DNA of 60,000 nucleotides, taken from assembly GCF_963921235.1 (NCBI RefSeq), contig NC_086118.1:27964001-28024000 (forward strand). The letters run 5' to 3'. Position numbers and translations under genes: made by a program. Below the pieces are notes generated by a model that saw only the letters and a program-made list of their open reading frames with translations, searched no databases and had not been told where the DNA came from. The DNA comes from Mobula hypostoma. Lineage: Eukaryota. Positions 1 through 11,721 of the stretch are shown piece by piece (positions within the stretch are counted from its first letter, which is position 1; every line of letters starts with the position of its first letter).

Positions 1-220
1 GCAGCAGCAGTTCAATGCAATACATAATACAGCAGAGAAAAAAACAGAATAAAATAATAATAATATTAAATAAATAAGTAAATCAATTACAGTCTACATA
101 TATTGAATAGATTAAAAATCATGCAAAAAAACAGAAATAATATACATTAAAATTGAGGTAGTGATCAAGGGTTCAAAGTCCATTGAGGAGCTGGATGGCC
201 GTGGGGAAGAAGCTGTTCCA
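1..220 (-). mobile_element. Rex1/Babar-like LINE 3' end fragment
   Basis: AT-rich tail followed by ...ggggaagaagctgttcc. It resembles the Rex-like 3' ends at ~3925-4330 and ~56880-57300. Confidence 0.5.
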
Positions 221-761
221 TGTGAATGGGGTAAAATAGTTTACTGCAAATTTGTATGAATACAGATGGAATTCTACAGTACATGCCCTTGTCCTCAGAC
301 AACGCTGGTGAAATAAAATCTCCCAGATCAGTCAGCTCTCACATCTATTTTTAAATGCTGGATTTTCCTGGGGAATGCATTAATTTCATACAGAAACAGA
401 AATGTCGTACAGATACTGATTGAAGTGATATCTTCACTAATCTCTCTCCCTCTACAGCAGAATCTTGTTCTTAAACTGGAGCATGTGGAATACAACGTTT
501 TTTAACAACGTTATCAAACACTACATGAATTACTTTGCAGCATTGAGAATAGCATTGTTAAAGAGATTGTAGAAATTTTCACACAAATTTAAGGCTACGA
601 GGTTCAGTTTAAACGTAAGACTGAAGAGTGGCAGTCACTGGAGACTGCATGTACTAGAATCTGGAGGAGTAACACAAGCAGCCGGACTCCTCAGCAGGCC
701 AGGCAACATCTGCAGAGAGAAATGGACAGTTTAATTTAATCACGTAATCCCTGTATGAGAT

Positions 762-985
762 GACACAGTGGCATAGTGTACCGATGTTACAGTGCCGATG
801 ACACAGGTTCAGTTCCTGCCATTATCTGTAAGGAGTTTGCACGTTGTCCCCACAACCATGTGGGTTTCTTCCAGATGCTCCTGTTTCCTCCCACATTCTA
901 AAGCAGGTTAATAGGACTCATCGGTGTAACTGAGTGATGCAGGCTCATTGGGCCAGAAGGGCATGCTGCTGTATCTCCAAATATT
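762..985 (+). mobile_element. tRNA-derived V-core SINE (HE1-like)
   Basis: Degenerate tRNA head (ggttcagttcc B-box-like) followed by the V-domain core ggagtttgcacgttgtcccc...gtgggtttcttccagatgctcctgtttcctcccaca. Confidence 0.75.
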
Positions 986-1065
986 TAAAAAAAGTAAAAT
1001 AGTAGTATTTCTGGCTTGAAACCCTTCAGCTGGACGGGAGGAAGCCAGTATAAGGAAGTGAGGTT

Positions 1066-1612
1066 GCAAACACAAGTGATTCTGTAGATGCTGGAAATCT
1101 TGAACAACACACACAAAAAACTGCAGGAACTCAGTAAGTCAAGCAGCATCCATGGAAGGGAATTCACAGTGGATGTTTCTATTCCCCACTCTCTTACCTC
1201 TTCTCTTCTCCTCACCTGTCCATCACCTCTGTCTGGGACCTCTCCTCCTTCCCTTTCTTCCATGATCATTTTCTTCAGCCCAGTACCTCTTCCACATATC
1301 CTTACCAGATCCTTACTTCATTCTCTCTCCCCCATCTACACACCTTCCTCCTGATCTGATCTCATCTGTCTACTGCCAGCTGATACTTCCCCCTATTCCC
1401 TCCCTCCCCTTCTTATTCTGACTTCAGCCCCCTTCCTTTCCAGTTCCGATGAAAGGGTCTTGGCCTGAAACGTCGACTGTACCTCTTCCTAGAGATGCTG
1501 CCTGGCCTGCTGTGTTCACCAGCAACTTTGATATGTGTGGCCTGAAACATCAACTGTTTCTTTCCTTCTGTGGATTCTGCCTGACTTGCTGAGTTCCTCC
1601 AGCATCATGTGT
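1066..1612. mobile_element. Penelope-like element terminal (pLTR) remnants in inverted arrangement, with a nested younger terminus at ~1441-1540
   Basis: 1068-1180 matches the reverse complement of the PLE 3' end seen at 20776-20915. 1441-1540 carries the terminus with a hammerhead-like motif. Confidence 0.7.
1441..1479 (+). ncRNA. degenerate minimal hammerhead ribozyme motif in a PLE terminus
   Basis: cagtt-CCGATGA-aagggtcttggcct-GAAACGTC-gactg. The core CTGATGA is mutated to CCGATGA. Confidence 0.55.
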
Positions 1613-3159
1613 GTGTGTGTATGTGTGAGGAAGAGCAGTGATGGAGGATCCAAGGTGAGGAGGGGTTGATTGGCAGATGGATTCAGGTGAGGAAGGGTGG
1701 AAGTAGTGATGGAGGGTGGGAAGTGATAGTGGAGCCAACAAATTCTTGGAATCTGATAAGAAAGTAAGATGGATCATGAAATGATAGATGGAGGAGGACC
1801 GTGAAGATGGGAACAATGGAAAGAAGAGGCCCAGTGAGAGGAATGTGTAGGATATCAATTTTTTTTTACTAAGTGTTTTACTAAAACAAAGCAAGACCAT
1901 GCCAGGTAAGAAAACAGGTAAAAAAAATAAAGCAGAGAAGACTTTGCAAATACTGGTCTCTATAGAACTGATTGTCATTATCTTAATTTTCAAACTTATT
2001 TATTTTGGAGGATCTGGGAGTTGTTAGTGAGGCCAGCATTACTTGTCAATCTCTAATTGATCCTGAGACAGTAGAGCTGACATGCCTTTTCAAACCATGT
2101 GCTCCTAAAGTGCTAGTGACTAGTAAGTTGAAAATTTAGATCCAACAACAAAAAAGACTGATGATATAATTCCAAACCACTTCGATGTGTGATTAGGAAG
2201 GAGAGAACTTGCAATGTTTTGTCATGCTTTTGTCCACCTTTATGATCTTTAGAAGATGATGTCAGAATAGCCTGGGCATAGGACTATCTAAGCCGCGAAG
2301 GGAGGGCGGCCATGCAGTAAATGAATTATCCCATGCACATAACCTTCGTTGTGGCACAGCCGGTAGTTTCTTTTACATAATGTTTTACTAAAGTGTCGCA
2401 CAGTTTTAGGGCCATGTAAAAATTTCTTGCTCAGAGCAATGGTTGGCCTGTGCAGCTGAAAAAGAGAATTTAGAGGGAAGGTTGAGTCTAGATGAGTAAC
2501 TGGAATATATTTTGTAGCTGTCACACACTTCAGCATTGTGTGCTGGTTGTGAAGGGAATTGGGTCCCTGTAAGGCAGATTGCTTTATTCCATTTGATATT
2601 TAGCTTCTTGAGAGTTATCTGCTCACAATTTTCCATCAGCTATTACATACCCACTACTTTCAAACAAAAACAGTTTTGCCAAACACGTTTACAAGAAGCC
2701 ATCATCTCTAAAATAAGAAAACACGGATTAAATTGATTTCACGTTTCAGTTATACTTTCAATATCTGCAAACAATTTTGCTTTGCAAGACAGTTTTTTTT
2801 CCCTCTGCCATCATATTCCTGAATGGTCAATGAACTCGTGATTACTACCTTTGTTTATGATTTATAGTAATTGATTGTATTTCTTTGCACTGCTACCATA
2901 AAATTTAAAAAGTTATGTCATATAAGTCAGCACTGGTAAATCCGACTCTGATCCTGATCAGTGTGTCATTAAATGAGTTAATTATGGCTGTTCTCAAAAT
3001 TTGTGTGGGAGATTCCATTGCGCAGTTAGTCGTTATTTATTGCTTGATATGCATGCAGCTCAATAAAGTAATTGATAACCGTATGGCCCTGAAGTGAAAC
3101 ATAGCACCTTTTAAATCTTGCTCACCTGAATCAGAATCAGAATCATGTTTATTATCACT

Positions 3160-3281
3160 GATATACACTTAGTAGCCTCCTGTACCCTAATAAAATGGCT
3201 ACTTTGTCCAACCACTTCAAGGGTATTTCCATTAACAAGCAGGTGTACAGGTGTACTTAATAAAGTCACCACTGAGTGTAT
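3160..3281. mobile_element. Tc1-derived MITE remnant (TIR sequence only)
   Basis: tatacacttagtagcc...aataaagtcaccactgagtgta shares the TIR of the Tc1 copies at 22040 and 43355. Confidence 0.5.
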
Positions 3282-3317
3282 GTTGTGAAATTTGTTGCTT
3301 TGTGACAACATCTCTAC

Positions 3318-3682
3318 CAAATGAGGTGTAAAGCATTCCTTCCCTCCATTAGTCTCAGGTCATTCTTGGGGAAGGTGTAGCACCTGCTTAGTGCTTCCCC
3401 CCCCCAACCCAATCAGGGTCACGTGAAGCAATTGAGAGCAGGCGGTGGATGGTCATATGAGTAGCTGGTGCATATCACAAGCCTCAGTTATGTGACCACA
3501 GACACCAGGCAGCCAATCTCTGAAGAGTATTGTTAATGGCTGGGCTCACCCATCTTGGAAAGACACTGCCCAGAAGCCAATGACAAAGCACTTCTGTAGA
3601 AAAATTCGTCAAGAACAATCATGGCCATGAGACCATCATTGCCTACATCATATGACACAGCACATAATCAGAATGATGACGG
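3318..3682 (+). mobile_element. RTE-derived non-autonomous retroposon (~360 bp)
   Basis: RTE-like 3' end (aaagcacttctgtagaaaaattcgtcaagaacaatcatgg...ataatcagaatgatga). An inverted second copy lies at 46200-46555. Confidence 0.55.
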
Positions 3683-3719
3683 TGATTGTTTGAGGAAATC
3701 CTTGCCCAATTACCATCAG

Positions 3720-3915
3720 CAAACTCCCACCGCGCCTGATGACCCTGTGATTTCAGTCTCTGAGGCTGACGTGAGAGCATCTTTCAGGAAGCTGAACCTA
3801 TGGAAAGCACCTGGCCAATATGGGATACCTGGCTGAGTACTAAAGTACTGTGCCGGTCATCTGGCTGGAGTATTCAATGAGATCTTTAATCTCTCACTTC
3901 TGAGGTATCCACCTA
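3720..3915 (+). mobile_element. Rex1/Babar LINE ORF fragment
   Basis: Translates to PVISVSEADVRASFRKLNLWKAPGQYGIPG*VLKYCAGHLAGVFNEIFNLSL, the pre-RT region of Rex1/Babar elements. Confidence 0.75.
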
Positions 3916-3924
3916 TAGTTCATA

Positions 3925-6225
3925 GTTCAAAGTAAATTTTATTATTGAAGTACCTATATGTCACTATATTTATTTTCTTGTGGGCATACACAGCAAATCT
4001 ATAGGATAGTAACTATAACATGATCAATGAAAGATCAACTAGAGTGCAGGGGACCACAAACTGTGCAAATGCAAATTTAAATAAATCGCAATAAGTAACA
4101 AGAACATGAAATAACAAGGTAAAGAGTCCTTAAAGTGAGATCATTGGCTGTGGGAATATCTCAATGGAAGTGAGTGCAGTTAACTGCTTTGTTTAATAGC
4201 CTGATGGATGTTAGGTCGTAACTGTTCTTGAACCTGGTGGTGCAGCTCCTGAGGCTTTTACCTAATGGCAGTAGTGAGAAAAGAGCATGGCCTGGGTGGT
4301 GAGGATCTCTGATGATGGATGCTGCTTTCCTATGTTCCAGTGTTTTATGTAGATGTGCTCAATGGTTGGGAGGGCTTTACCTGTGATGTACAGGGCAGAA
4401 TCCATTACATTTTGTAGGATTTCCCATTCAAGGGCAATGGTGTTCCCATCTGAGATCAGCCTGATGGAATGGGAGAGTAGACTTGAGAGGCTGAATGCCT
4501 AAATCTGCTCCTATGTCTTATGGTCTTATGGTCTTACCAGGCCATGATACAGTCAGTCGATACACTGTCCACTACCCACCTATAGAAGTTTGTCAAAGTT
4601 TTTCTCGTCATGCCGAAGCTCAGCAGACTCCTAAGAGAGTAGAGGCGCTGTTGTGCTTTCTTCACAATTGCATCTACGTGCTGGGTCCAGGACAGGTCTT
4701 CTGAAATACTATCACCCAGGCTTTTAAAAATGCTAACCCTCTCCACCTCCGACCCTCCAATGAGGACTGGCTCGTGGATTCCTGCTTTCCCCTTGCTGGG
4801 GTCGACAATCAGTTATTTGGTCTTGCTGACATTGAGAGAGAGACGTTGTTGCCATGACACCACTCAGCCAAATTTTCAATCTCCCTCCTGCATGCTGATT
4901 CATCACCACTTTCGATTTGGCCTACAAAAGTAGTGTCATCAACAAATTTGAATATGGTATTGGACCTGTGCTTAGCCACACTGTAATAGGTGTAAAGCGA
5001 AGAGAGAAGAGGGCGAAGCACACAGCCTTATGGTGCACTGGTGTGATGGAGATTGTGGAGAAGATGTTGTTGCCAATCTGAACTGACTGCGGTCTGCAAG
5101 TGAGGAAATCCAGGATTCAACTGCATAACGAGGTATTAAGTCCATGGTCTCGGAGCCTGTTGATTAGCTTTGAGGAAACTCAAAGGGAGGAGAAGATGGT
5201 GGCACGACGCAGCGCACGCGGCCGTTCCGAATGAATATTGATTATGTGTAACGAGGGGGCCGTGCACAATCCAGATTTGATGGAGACAGCCATGAGAAGT
5301 GCAGAGGAACATCTGGAGTAACTTCTGAAATGCCTGCTTCACTGCCGCTGCTACTGTGCGATTGAAAATCTCCAGAGATGAAGGCCCCAAATCCTCGGCT
5401 TTGCCTATTGCCTGTTGCCGGGGCCAGAGTCGAAGCGCTTGGCAGAGATAGTGCTCGGTGCTCGGTGTCGAAGAGGTGGTCGGAGGCTCGGAGTTTTTCG
5501 GACGGACTCAGAGTCAGACTGTGGTCGGATGTTTCAAGGATGCTGCATCGGCAAGTTGGCTGCGCTGGAGGTTTACCGTCTGCGTGAGATGATGGGACTT
5601 TCAAAACACTTTGAGACTTTTACAGTGCCCTGGTCTGTTCTTATCAAATTACAGTATTGCTTTGCACTGTTGTAACTATATGTTATAATTATGTGGTTTT
5701 TGTTAGTTTTTAAGTTGGTTTGTCATGTGTTTTCGTGATATCATTCTGGAAAAACATGGTATAATTTCTTAATGCATGCATTACTAAATGACAATAAAAG
5801 GGGACTGTGTCCTCATAATCATAATCATAATAATAATCATAAACAATGGTATTAAAAACCAAGCTGTAATTGAAAAAGCACCTTTGCTGTCTAGATGTTC
5901 CAGAGTTGAGTAAAGAGCCATTGAGGTGCATCTGCTGTGGACCTGTTGCTCTGGTAGGCAAATTGGAGCCTATCTAAGTTTCCTCTCAGTCATGAGCTAA
6001 TATGTTTCAACACCAGCCTCTCAAAGCACTTCATCACTGTGGATATAAGTGCAACTGGGCAATAGTCATAGAGGCAGATCACTATGTTCTTATTGGGCAT
6101 TGGTATAATCGAAGGCTGTTTGAAACAGCTGGGTACCACGCACTTTCAAAGTGAGAGGTGAAAGATGTCAGTGAACACACCAGCCAGATCAGCACAGTTC
6201 TTTAGTACATTGCCAAGTAACTCCT
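3925..6225 (-). mobile_element. decayed Rex1/Babar LINE (RT to 3' tail), interrupted at ~5183-5840
   Basis: ORF fragments LRPLLSSLYT..KFVDDTTFVGQI..CRREIENLAEWC and SEDLSWTQHVDAIVKKAQQRLYSLR, with upstream YCPVAL..MKCFERLV at ~6000-6100. Confidence 0.8.
5183..5840 (+). mobile_element. non-autonomous LINE-derived element (~650 bp) with (CATAAT)n tail
   Basis: Starts aagatggtggc and ends aataaaaggggactgtgtcctcataatcataatc. A close inverted copy lies at 55495-56150. Confidence 0.65.
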
Positions 6226-6249
6226 ACTTCAAGTACGTTTCAAGGGAGA

Positions 6250-6845
6250 TCAGAGATGGAGAGGGTCGGCAACTTTAAATTCCTTCTTGTTAACATTTCA
6301 GTGGGAAATAATCCTGAGCCCAGCATGTAGGTGCAATTCTGAAGAAACTATGGCAGTGCCTCAACTTTTTCACAAGTTTGTGAACATTCAGCATGACGTC
6401 TAAAACCTTGATCAATTTTTATGGTTGTGTGGTGGAGAATATGTTCACTGGCTTCATCACAACCTCTGTATGGAACACCAATGGCCTTGAACATAAAATC
6501 CTACGAAAAGTAATGGATATGGCCAGTTCGTCACAGATAAAACTGTCCCCACCACTGAGCACATCTACACGGGGTGTTGTCGCAGAAAAGCATCATCCAT
6601 AATCAGAGTCCCCCACCACTCAGGTCTTGCTCTCTTCTCGCTTCTGCCACCAGGAAGAAGGGACGGGAATCTCAAATCTCTCACCATCAGGTTCAGCAAT
6701 AGTTCTTACCCCTCAATCATCAGGCTCTTGAACCAGAGGGGTTAACCACTCAACTTGATTTGCCCCTTCACTGGATTGTCCCTACAACCTATGGACTCTC
6801 TTTCAAGGATTTTTCATCTCATGATCTCAAAATTTATTGCTTATT
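6250..6845 (+). mobile_element. Rex1/Babar LINE 3' fragment
   Basis: MTSKTLINFYGCVVENMFTGFIT.. C-terminal ORF remnant plus a typical 3' UTR. Confidence 0.7.
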
Positions 6846-6854
6846 AAGAAGTAA

Positions 6855-7630
6855 AAGGATAGACTATTTTCTAAATAGAGAGAAAATTCAAAAATCTGAG
6901 GTGTAAAGAGACTTGGGAGTCCTTGTGCAGGATTCCATAAAAATTAATTTATAGTTTGAGTCTGTGGTAAGGAAGGGACATGTGATGCTAGCATTCATTT
7001 CAAGAGGACTAGAATATAAAAGCAAGGATGTAATGTTAAGGTTTTATAAGGCATTGGTGAGGCCTCAGCAGTGCTTTTTAAAACCCTAACATAATGTCTT
7101 TTGGGCCCCTTATCTTAGAAATGATGTACAGACACTGGAGCTGGTTCAAAGGAGTTTCACGGAAATGATTCTAGGATTGAATGGCTTGTCACATGCAGGG
7201 CATTTGATGCTCTGGGCCTGTATTCACTAGAATATGTAAGAATGATGGATGATCTAAATAAGATCTATCAAATAGTGAACGAACTTGATAGAGTGGATGC
7301 GGAGGGGATAATTCCAATGGTGAGAGAGTCTAGGACCAGAAGACACAGCCTCAGAACAGAGGGGTGTCCTTTTAGAATGAAATGAGGAGGAATTTCTTTA
7401 GCAGGAAAGTTGTGAATCTGTGGAATTCATTGCCACAGGAAGCTGTAGAAGCCAGGTCTTTATGAATATTTAAGGCAATGGTTGATGGATTCTTGATTAG
7501 GGTGGGTGTGAAGAGAGATGGGGAGAAGGCAGGAGTTTGGGGCTGAGAGGAAAATTGGATTAGCCATGATGAAATGGTGGAGCAGACTCGATGGGCCAAA
7601 TGTCCTAATTCTGCTCCAATATCTCATGGT
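6855..7630 (+). mobile_element. CR1 LINE 3' fragment
   Basis: Decayed RDLGVLV..GLEYKSKDVMLRFYKALVRP motifs and a CR1-type 3' end (gatgggccaaatgtcctaattctgctcc). Confidence 0.85.
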
Positions 7631-7839
7631 ATTATTATTATTTATTATTATTATTTCTTTTGTTTTATTTTATATTTGCACTGGTTGTTGTATTTTGCAC
7701 ACTGGTTATCCACCCTGTTGGGTGTGGTGTTTCATTGATTCTATTTTAGTTCTTGGATTTATTGAATATACCCAGTGAATCTTAGGGTTGTATATGGTGA
7801 CATATATGTACTTTGATAATAAATTTACTTTGAACTTTG

Positions 7840-8260
7840 AACTCACGATGTGACCTTCTCTACACTGGAGAAACCAAAAAGAGATGTAGTGACTGCTTTG
7901 CAGAACACATCCACTCAATTTGCAAAGGTAACTCTGAGCTTCCCATGGTTTGTGTCTTTATTTCTCTGTCTTACTCTCAATGGGAACTCTTTACCTTTAG
8001 TATTCTACTGTTCTCCAGTGAAGGCCAACATTACCACAAATGATAGCATTTTACCTTTAGTCTTGGACGTTGCAGCACATGGCTGAGATTAACATTTCCA
8101 GATAAGTAGCATTTTCTGTTTGTCAGGACACGCCTCCTCAAACCTAAGGTCATTAGCAAGTAATGTTTACTTAACTTTTCTCTCCCCAGAGATTACCTAA
8201 CCTCTGGGTATTTCCAACATTCTTTTTCAATTCCAATTGCAAGCAGCTGCTTGCTCTGTA
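7840..8260 (+). mobile_element. old Penelope-like element remnant (GIY-YIG endonuclease region)
   Basis: SRCDLLYTGETKKRCSDCFAEHIHSIC..ELPMVC.F aligns by eye with the younger PLE at 38841-39200 (RCGLLYI.ET....RFTEHL.SV....LPVATHF). Confidence 0.65.
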
Positions 8261-8491
8261 TCTCTGAATACTTTTAATCTTCATTTTCCTTTCAGATTCA
8301 TTTACCCTATTCAGATTTCAAAGTTCAAGGTAAGTTTATTATTAAAGTACATATATTTCACTATAAACAACACTGAGATTCACTTTCTTCCATGATTAGC
8401 TAGTATTTACCACCCTTAAATTGCACCAATGTTATCTGAGTCACTGGATTCACTTTATGCTCCTCATCAAAAAACATTTGCTTGGTTTACC

Positions 8492-8703
8492 ACACGCTGG
8501 AGAAACTCAGCAGGTCAGGCAGCATCCGTGGAAACGATCAGTCAATCAACATTTCAGGCCTGAACCCTTCATCAGGACTGAAGAGTTCCGGCCCGAAACG
8601 TTGACTGATCGTTTCCATGGATGCTGCCTGACCTGTTGAGTTCCTCCAGCATGTTGTGAGTGTTGCTTTGACCCCAGCATCTGCAGAGTATTTTGTGTTT
8701 ATG
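8492..8703. mobile_element. 212-bp palindromic Penelope-derived non-coding element with hammerhead motifs and a 16-bp TSD
   Basis: Inverted arms of about 85 bp (8492-8575 vs 8578-8660). TSD ATTTGCTTGGTTTACC at 8476-8491 and 8704-8719. Confidence 0.85.
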
Positions 8704-9982
8704 ATTTGCTTGGTTTACCTTTTTCCCTTACTTTTCTTATTGTGATGAAAGGTAGCCAATTGAAGTATTAGCTCAGTTTCTTTCTCCACAAATGCATGCC
8801 GGGGCCATTCAATATTTCTTGTTCTTTCGTCTTTTGGATTTCAGCATCTGCAGTTGTTTTGGTTTGCACACTATTTTTAGATCCTTTATTATTCTTCCTT
8901 TCAAAAAAAATGACCAGAAGTCATAGTTAATCATTACCTTATACAAGTGACATAGGATTATCTTTTCACTCTTGTACTATGGTATTATTTAGTCTCTGCT
9001 CACCAATCTTCTCACCCAATAAAAAGCAACCCTCATGACCTTTTCTCGTTTACTAGTAAAGACTTTCATTGCATCACCTTAATTATATTTTTGTAATGAT
9101 AACGTACCAGCATTTCTGCAATTCAAACAATTCCTGGATATACTGTTGAATGAATTGATAAACAAATCATATTCATGGTCCTATGTAACGAATTGCCCCA
9201 CACAGGCAAATTTCTTCTCTAAACCTATACCAAAGTGTATAATTTTCCTATAAAATTTTGTTACACCCACTACTACTCCACATAATGCTTTCTTGGGAGA
9301 AATCCCATTGATTTGACAGTTGTAATTTCTCAGTCTATTGCTACTTTCATAAAGTTTATACAAATTGTCAGTAATTCCTCAGTATCCTTATAAAAAGAAG
9401 GAAATTATTGTGAACTACCCTAGGTCTTTCACAGATTTAACAATATTTCCGTCTTCCATTTCTTTTACTTGAGTAATTCCTTAGTTATGTTGAAATAATG
9501 TTTATTTGAATACTTTTCGGCCTTTTTAATGCTTTGCTTGCTTGCAAGCAAGCATACTTTGTAGCCCTCTGCATGAAAAGTCTAACTGGTTCTGTGGCTT
9601 TCCGTTGAATTAATATTTTCTTTGTTGTTCTTGTTGTTTTGGCTCAATACCCTACAAAAACAGTCTGCTTTGATCAGCAAACCATCCCTTCCCAGCACCA
9701 TCACCCTTCATAGTTTGTACCTGGAGCTTCTCCTTGATGATAGCAATGAGAAGAAGGCATGCGCACATCCATATTTCTTATAAATATTGTAATTTTACTT
9801 GTCTTTACCACTTCCTCTAGTAGCTCATTCCAGATGCCCTCTACCCTTGAGTGAAAAACTTGCCCATCAGGTGTCTTTTAGATCTTTCCTCTTTGACCTG
9901 GAGCATTGTGGATATTAATAGAAGTATATAAAATTATAAGGAGTATAGATAGATAGGGCACATTCCATTAGCACAATCCAGC

Positions 9983-10015
<33 letters not shown>
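9983..10015 (+). repeat. (CT)n microsatellite
   Basis: Direct reading. Confidence 0.9.
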
Positions 10016-10049
10016 GTTCATAACTCTTTTTCTTACTCATAAGATGTTT

Positions 10050-10870
10050 TATTTTGGAAACAAACTAGGGTATGACTTACACAGTGAGTGGTAGAGCCCT
10101 GCGAAGTGTTGTAGAACAGAGCATCATAGGAATATACATAGAAAATTTGCTGAAATTGAACAAATGTTGATGAGGATTGGACGAAAGTATCAGACATGGC
10201 TTGAGTATAGGAGCTGAGATATTGTATTAGAGTTGTACAAGATGTTGGTGAGGTCACACTTAGAGTATTGGCATGGTTTTGGTCACCCTGTTATACAAAA
10301 GATATTACTAAGCTGAAAAGAGTGCAGACAGCTTACTACATTGCCAGGACTTGAGGGCCTGAGTAATAGGTGGAAATTGAACAGGCTAGGACTTTATTCA
10401 TTCGAATGTTGGAAACCAAGGGGCAATCTTATAGAGATGCATAATCTCATGTGGGGCCTAGATAGAGTGAATGCACAAGCCTTTATCCAGGGAACCAAAA
10501 ACTGGAGACTATAGATTTAAGGTGTGAGGTAAGATGTGAGGGAAGAAAAAGTATTTCAGGATGTATATTGTATACATTTCTCTGACATTAAATTGTACTT
10601 TTGATCCTTTGAACCTTTGAAACATTTAAAATGGACATGAGGGTGCAACATCTTCACGCAAACCATGGTGCATTTATGGAACAAGCTGCCAGAGCAAGTA
10701 ATTGAGACAGGTACAGTAACAACATTGAAACGATTTTCGAAATAGTATGTGAATGGGAAAGATTTGGGGTGATATGGTCTCTATGCAGGCAAATGGGACT
10801 ATTTTAGATGGGCACCTTGATTAGAATCGACAAGTTGGGCTGCAGGACTTGTTTCCCTGTTGTATTATTC
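10050..10870 (+). mobile_element. old CR1 LINE 3' fragment
   Basis: Decayed ..LELYKMLVRSHLEY..FWSPCYTKDITKLKRVQ and a CR1 3' UTR. Confidence 0.75.
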
Positions 10871-11004
10871 CATTACTTTATAACTCTATGAATTGGGAGA
10901 GAGAGAGAACTAACTACTTTAATTTGCAGAGAAGGCAGAGTGTGTAGAATGTAGAGGAACATAGAAGACAACAACATAGAACACAGAAAATTAGGAACGT
11001 AGAA

Positions 11005-11570
11005 CATAGGAGATTTGATAGAGGTGTACAAAATTATGAGGGCTTAAGACAGGGTAAATGCAAACAGGCTTTTTCCACTGAGATTGGGTGGAACTACAAG
11101 CAGATGTCATGGGTTCAGGGTGAAAGAGGAAAGGTTTAAGGGGAACATGCTCTGCCTCAGAAGGCAGTGGAGGCCAATTCTCTGGATTCTTTCAAGAAAG
11201 AGTTAGATAGAGCTCTTAAAGATAATGAAATCAAGGGGTATGGGGAGAAGGCAGGAAAAGGGTACTGATTGTGGATGATCAGCCATGATCACAGTGAACG
11301 GCAGTGCTGGCTCGAAGGGCTGAATGGCCTGCTCCTACACCTATTGTCTATTGTCTATAACATGAGGGGAAACTTCTTCACTCAGAGAGTTGTGAGAGTG
11401 TGGTGCATGCGAGCTTGATTTCAACATTTAAGAGAGGTTTGGATAGATCCATTGATGGTAGGCATATGGAGGGCTGTGGTCCCAGTGCAGGCCAATAGGA
11501 GTAGGCAGTTTAAGTGGTTCAGCATGGACTAAGTCCTGTTTCTGTGCTGCAATTTTTTGTGAATCTATAA
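11005..11570 (+). mobile_element. CR1 3' fragment containing a nested younger CR1 3' end (11150-11358, TSD AACATG)
   Basis: GDLIEVYKIMRG motif. AACATG at 11144-11149 and 11359-11364 flanks the insert. Confidence 0.8.
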
Positions 11571-11721
11571 CACAGAGAATTACTGACTGTGTGAGGCCAG
11601 AGTTCTCATGGGAATAAACTCTGAATGAGGTCATCTGAATGATGTGTTTATGAGGGCTGTTTTAGAGTAAGGACATAAACAAGGGGATATAAAAGTTGCA
11701 AAATGAAATGGTTTATGATAT

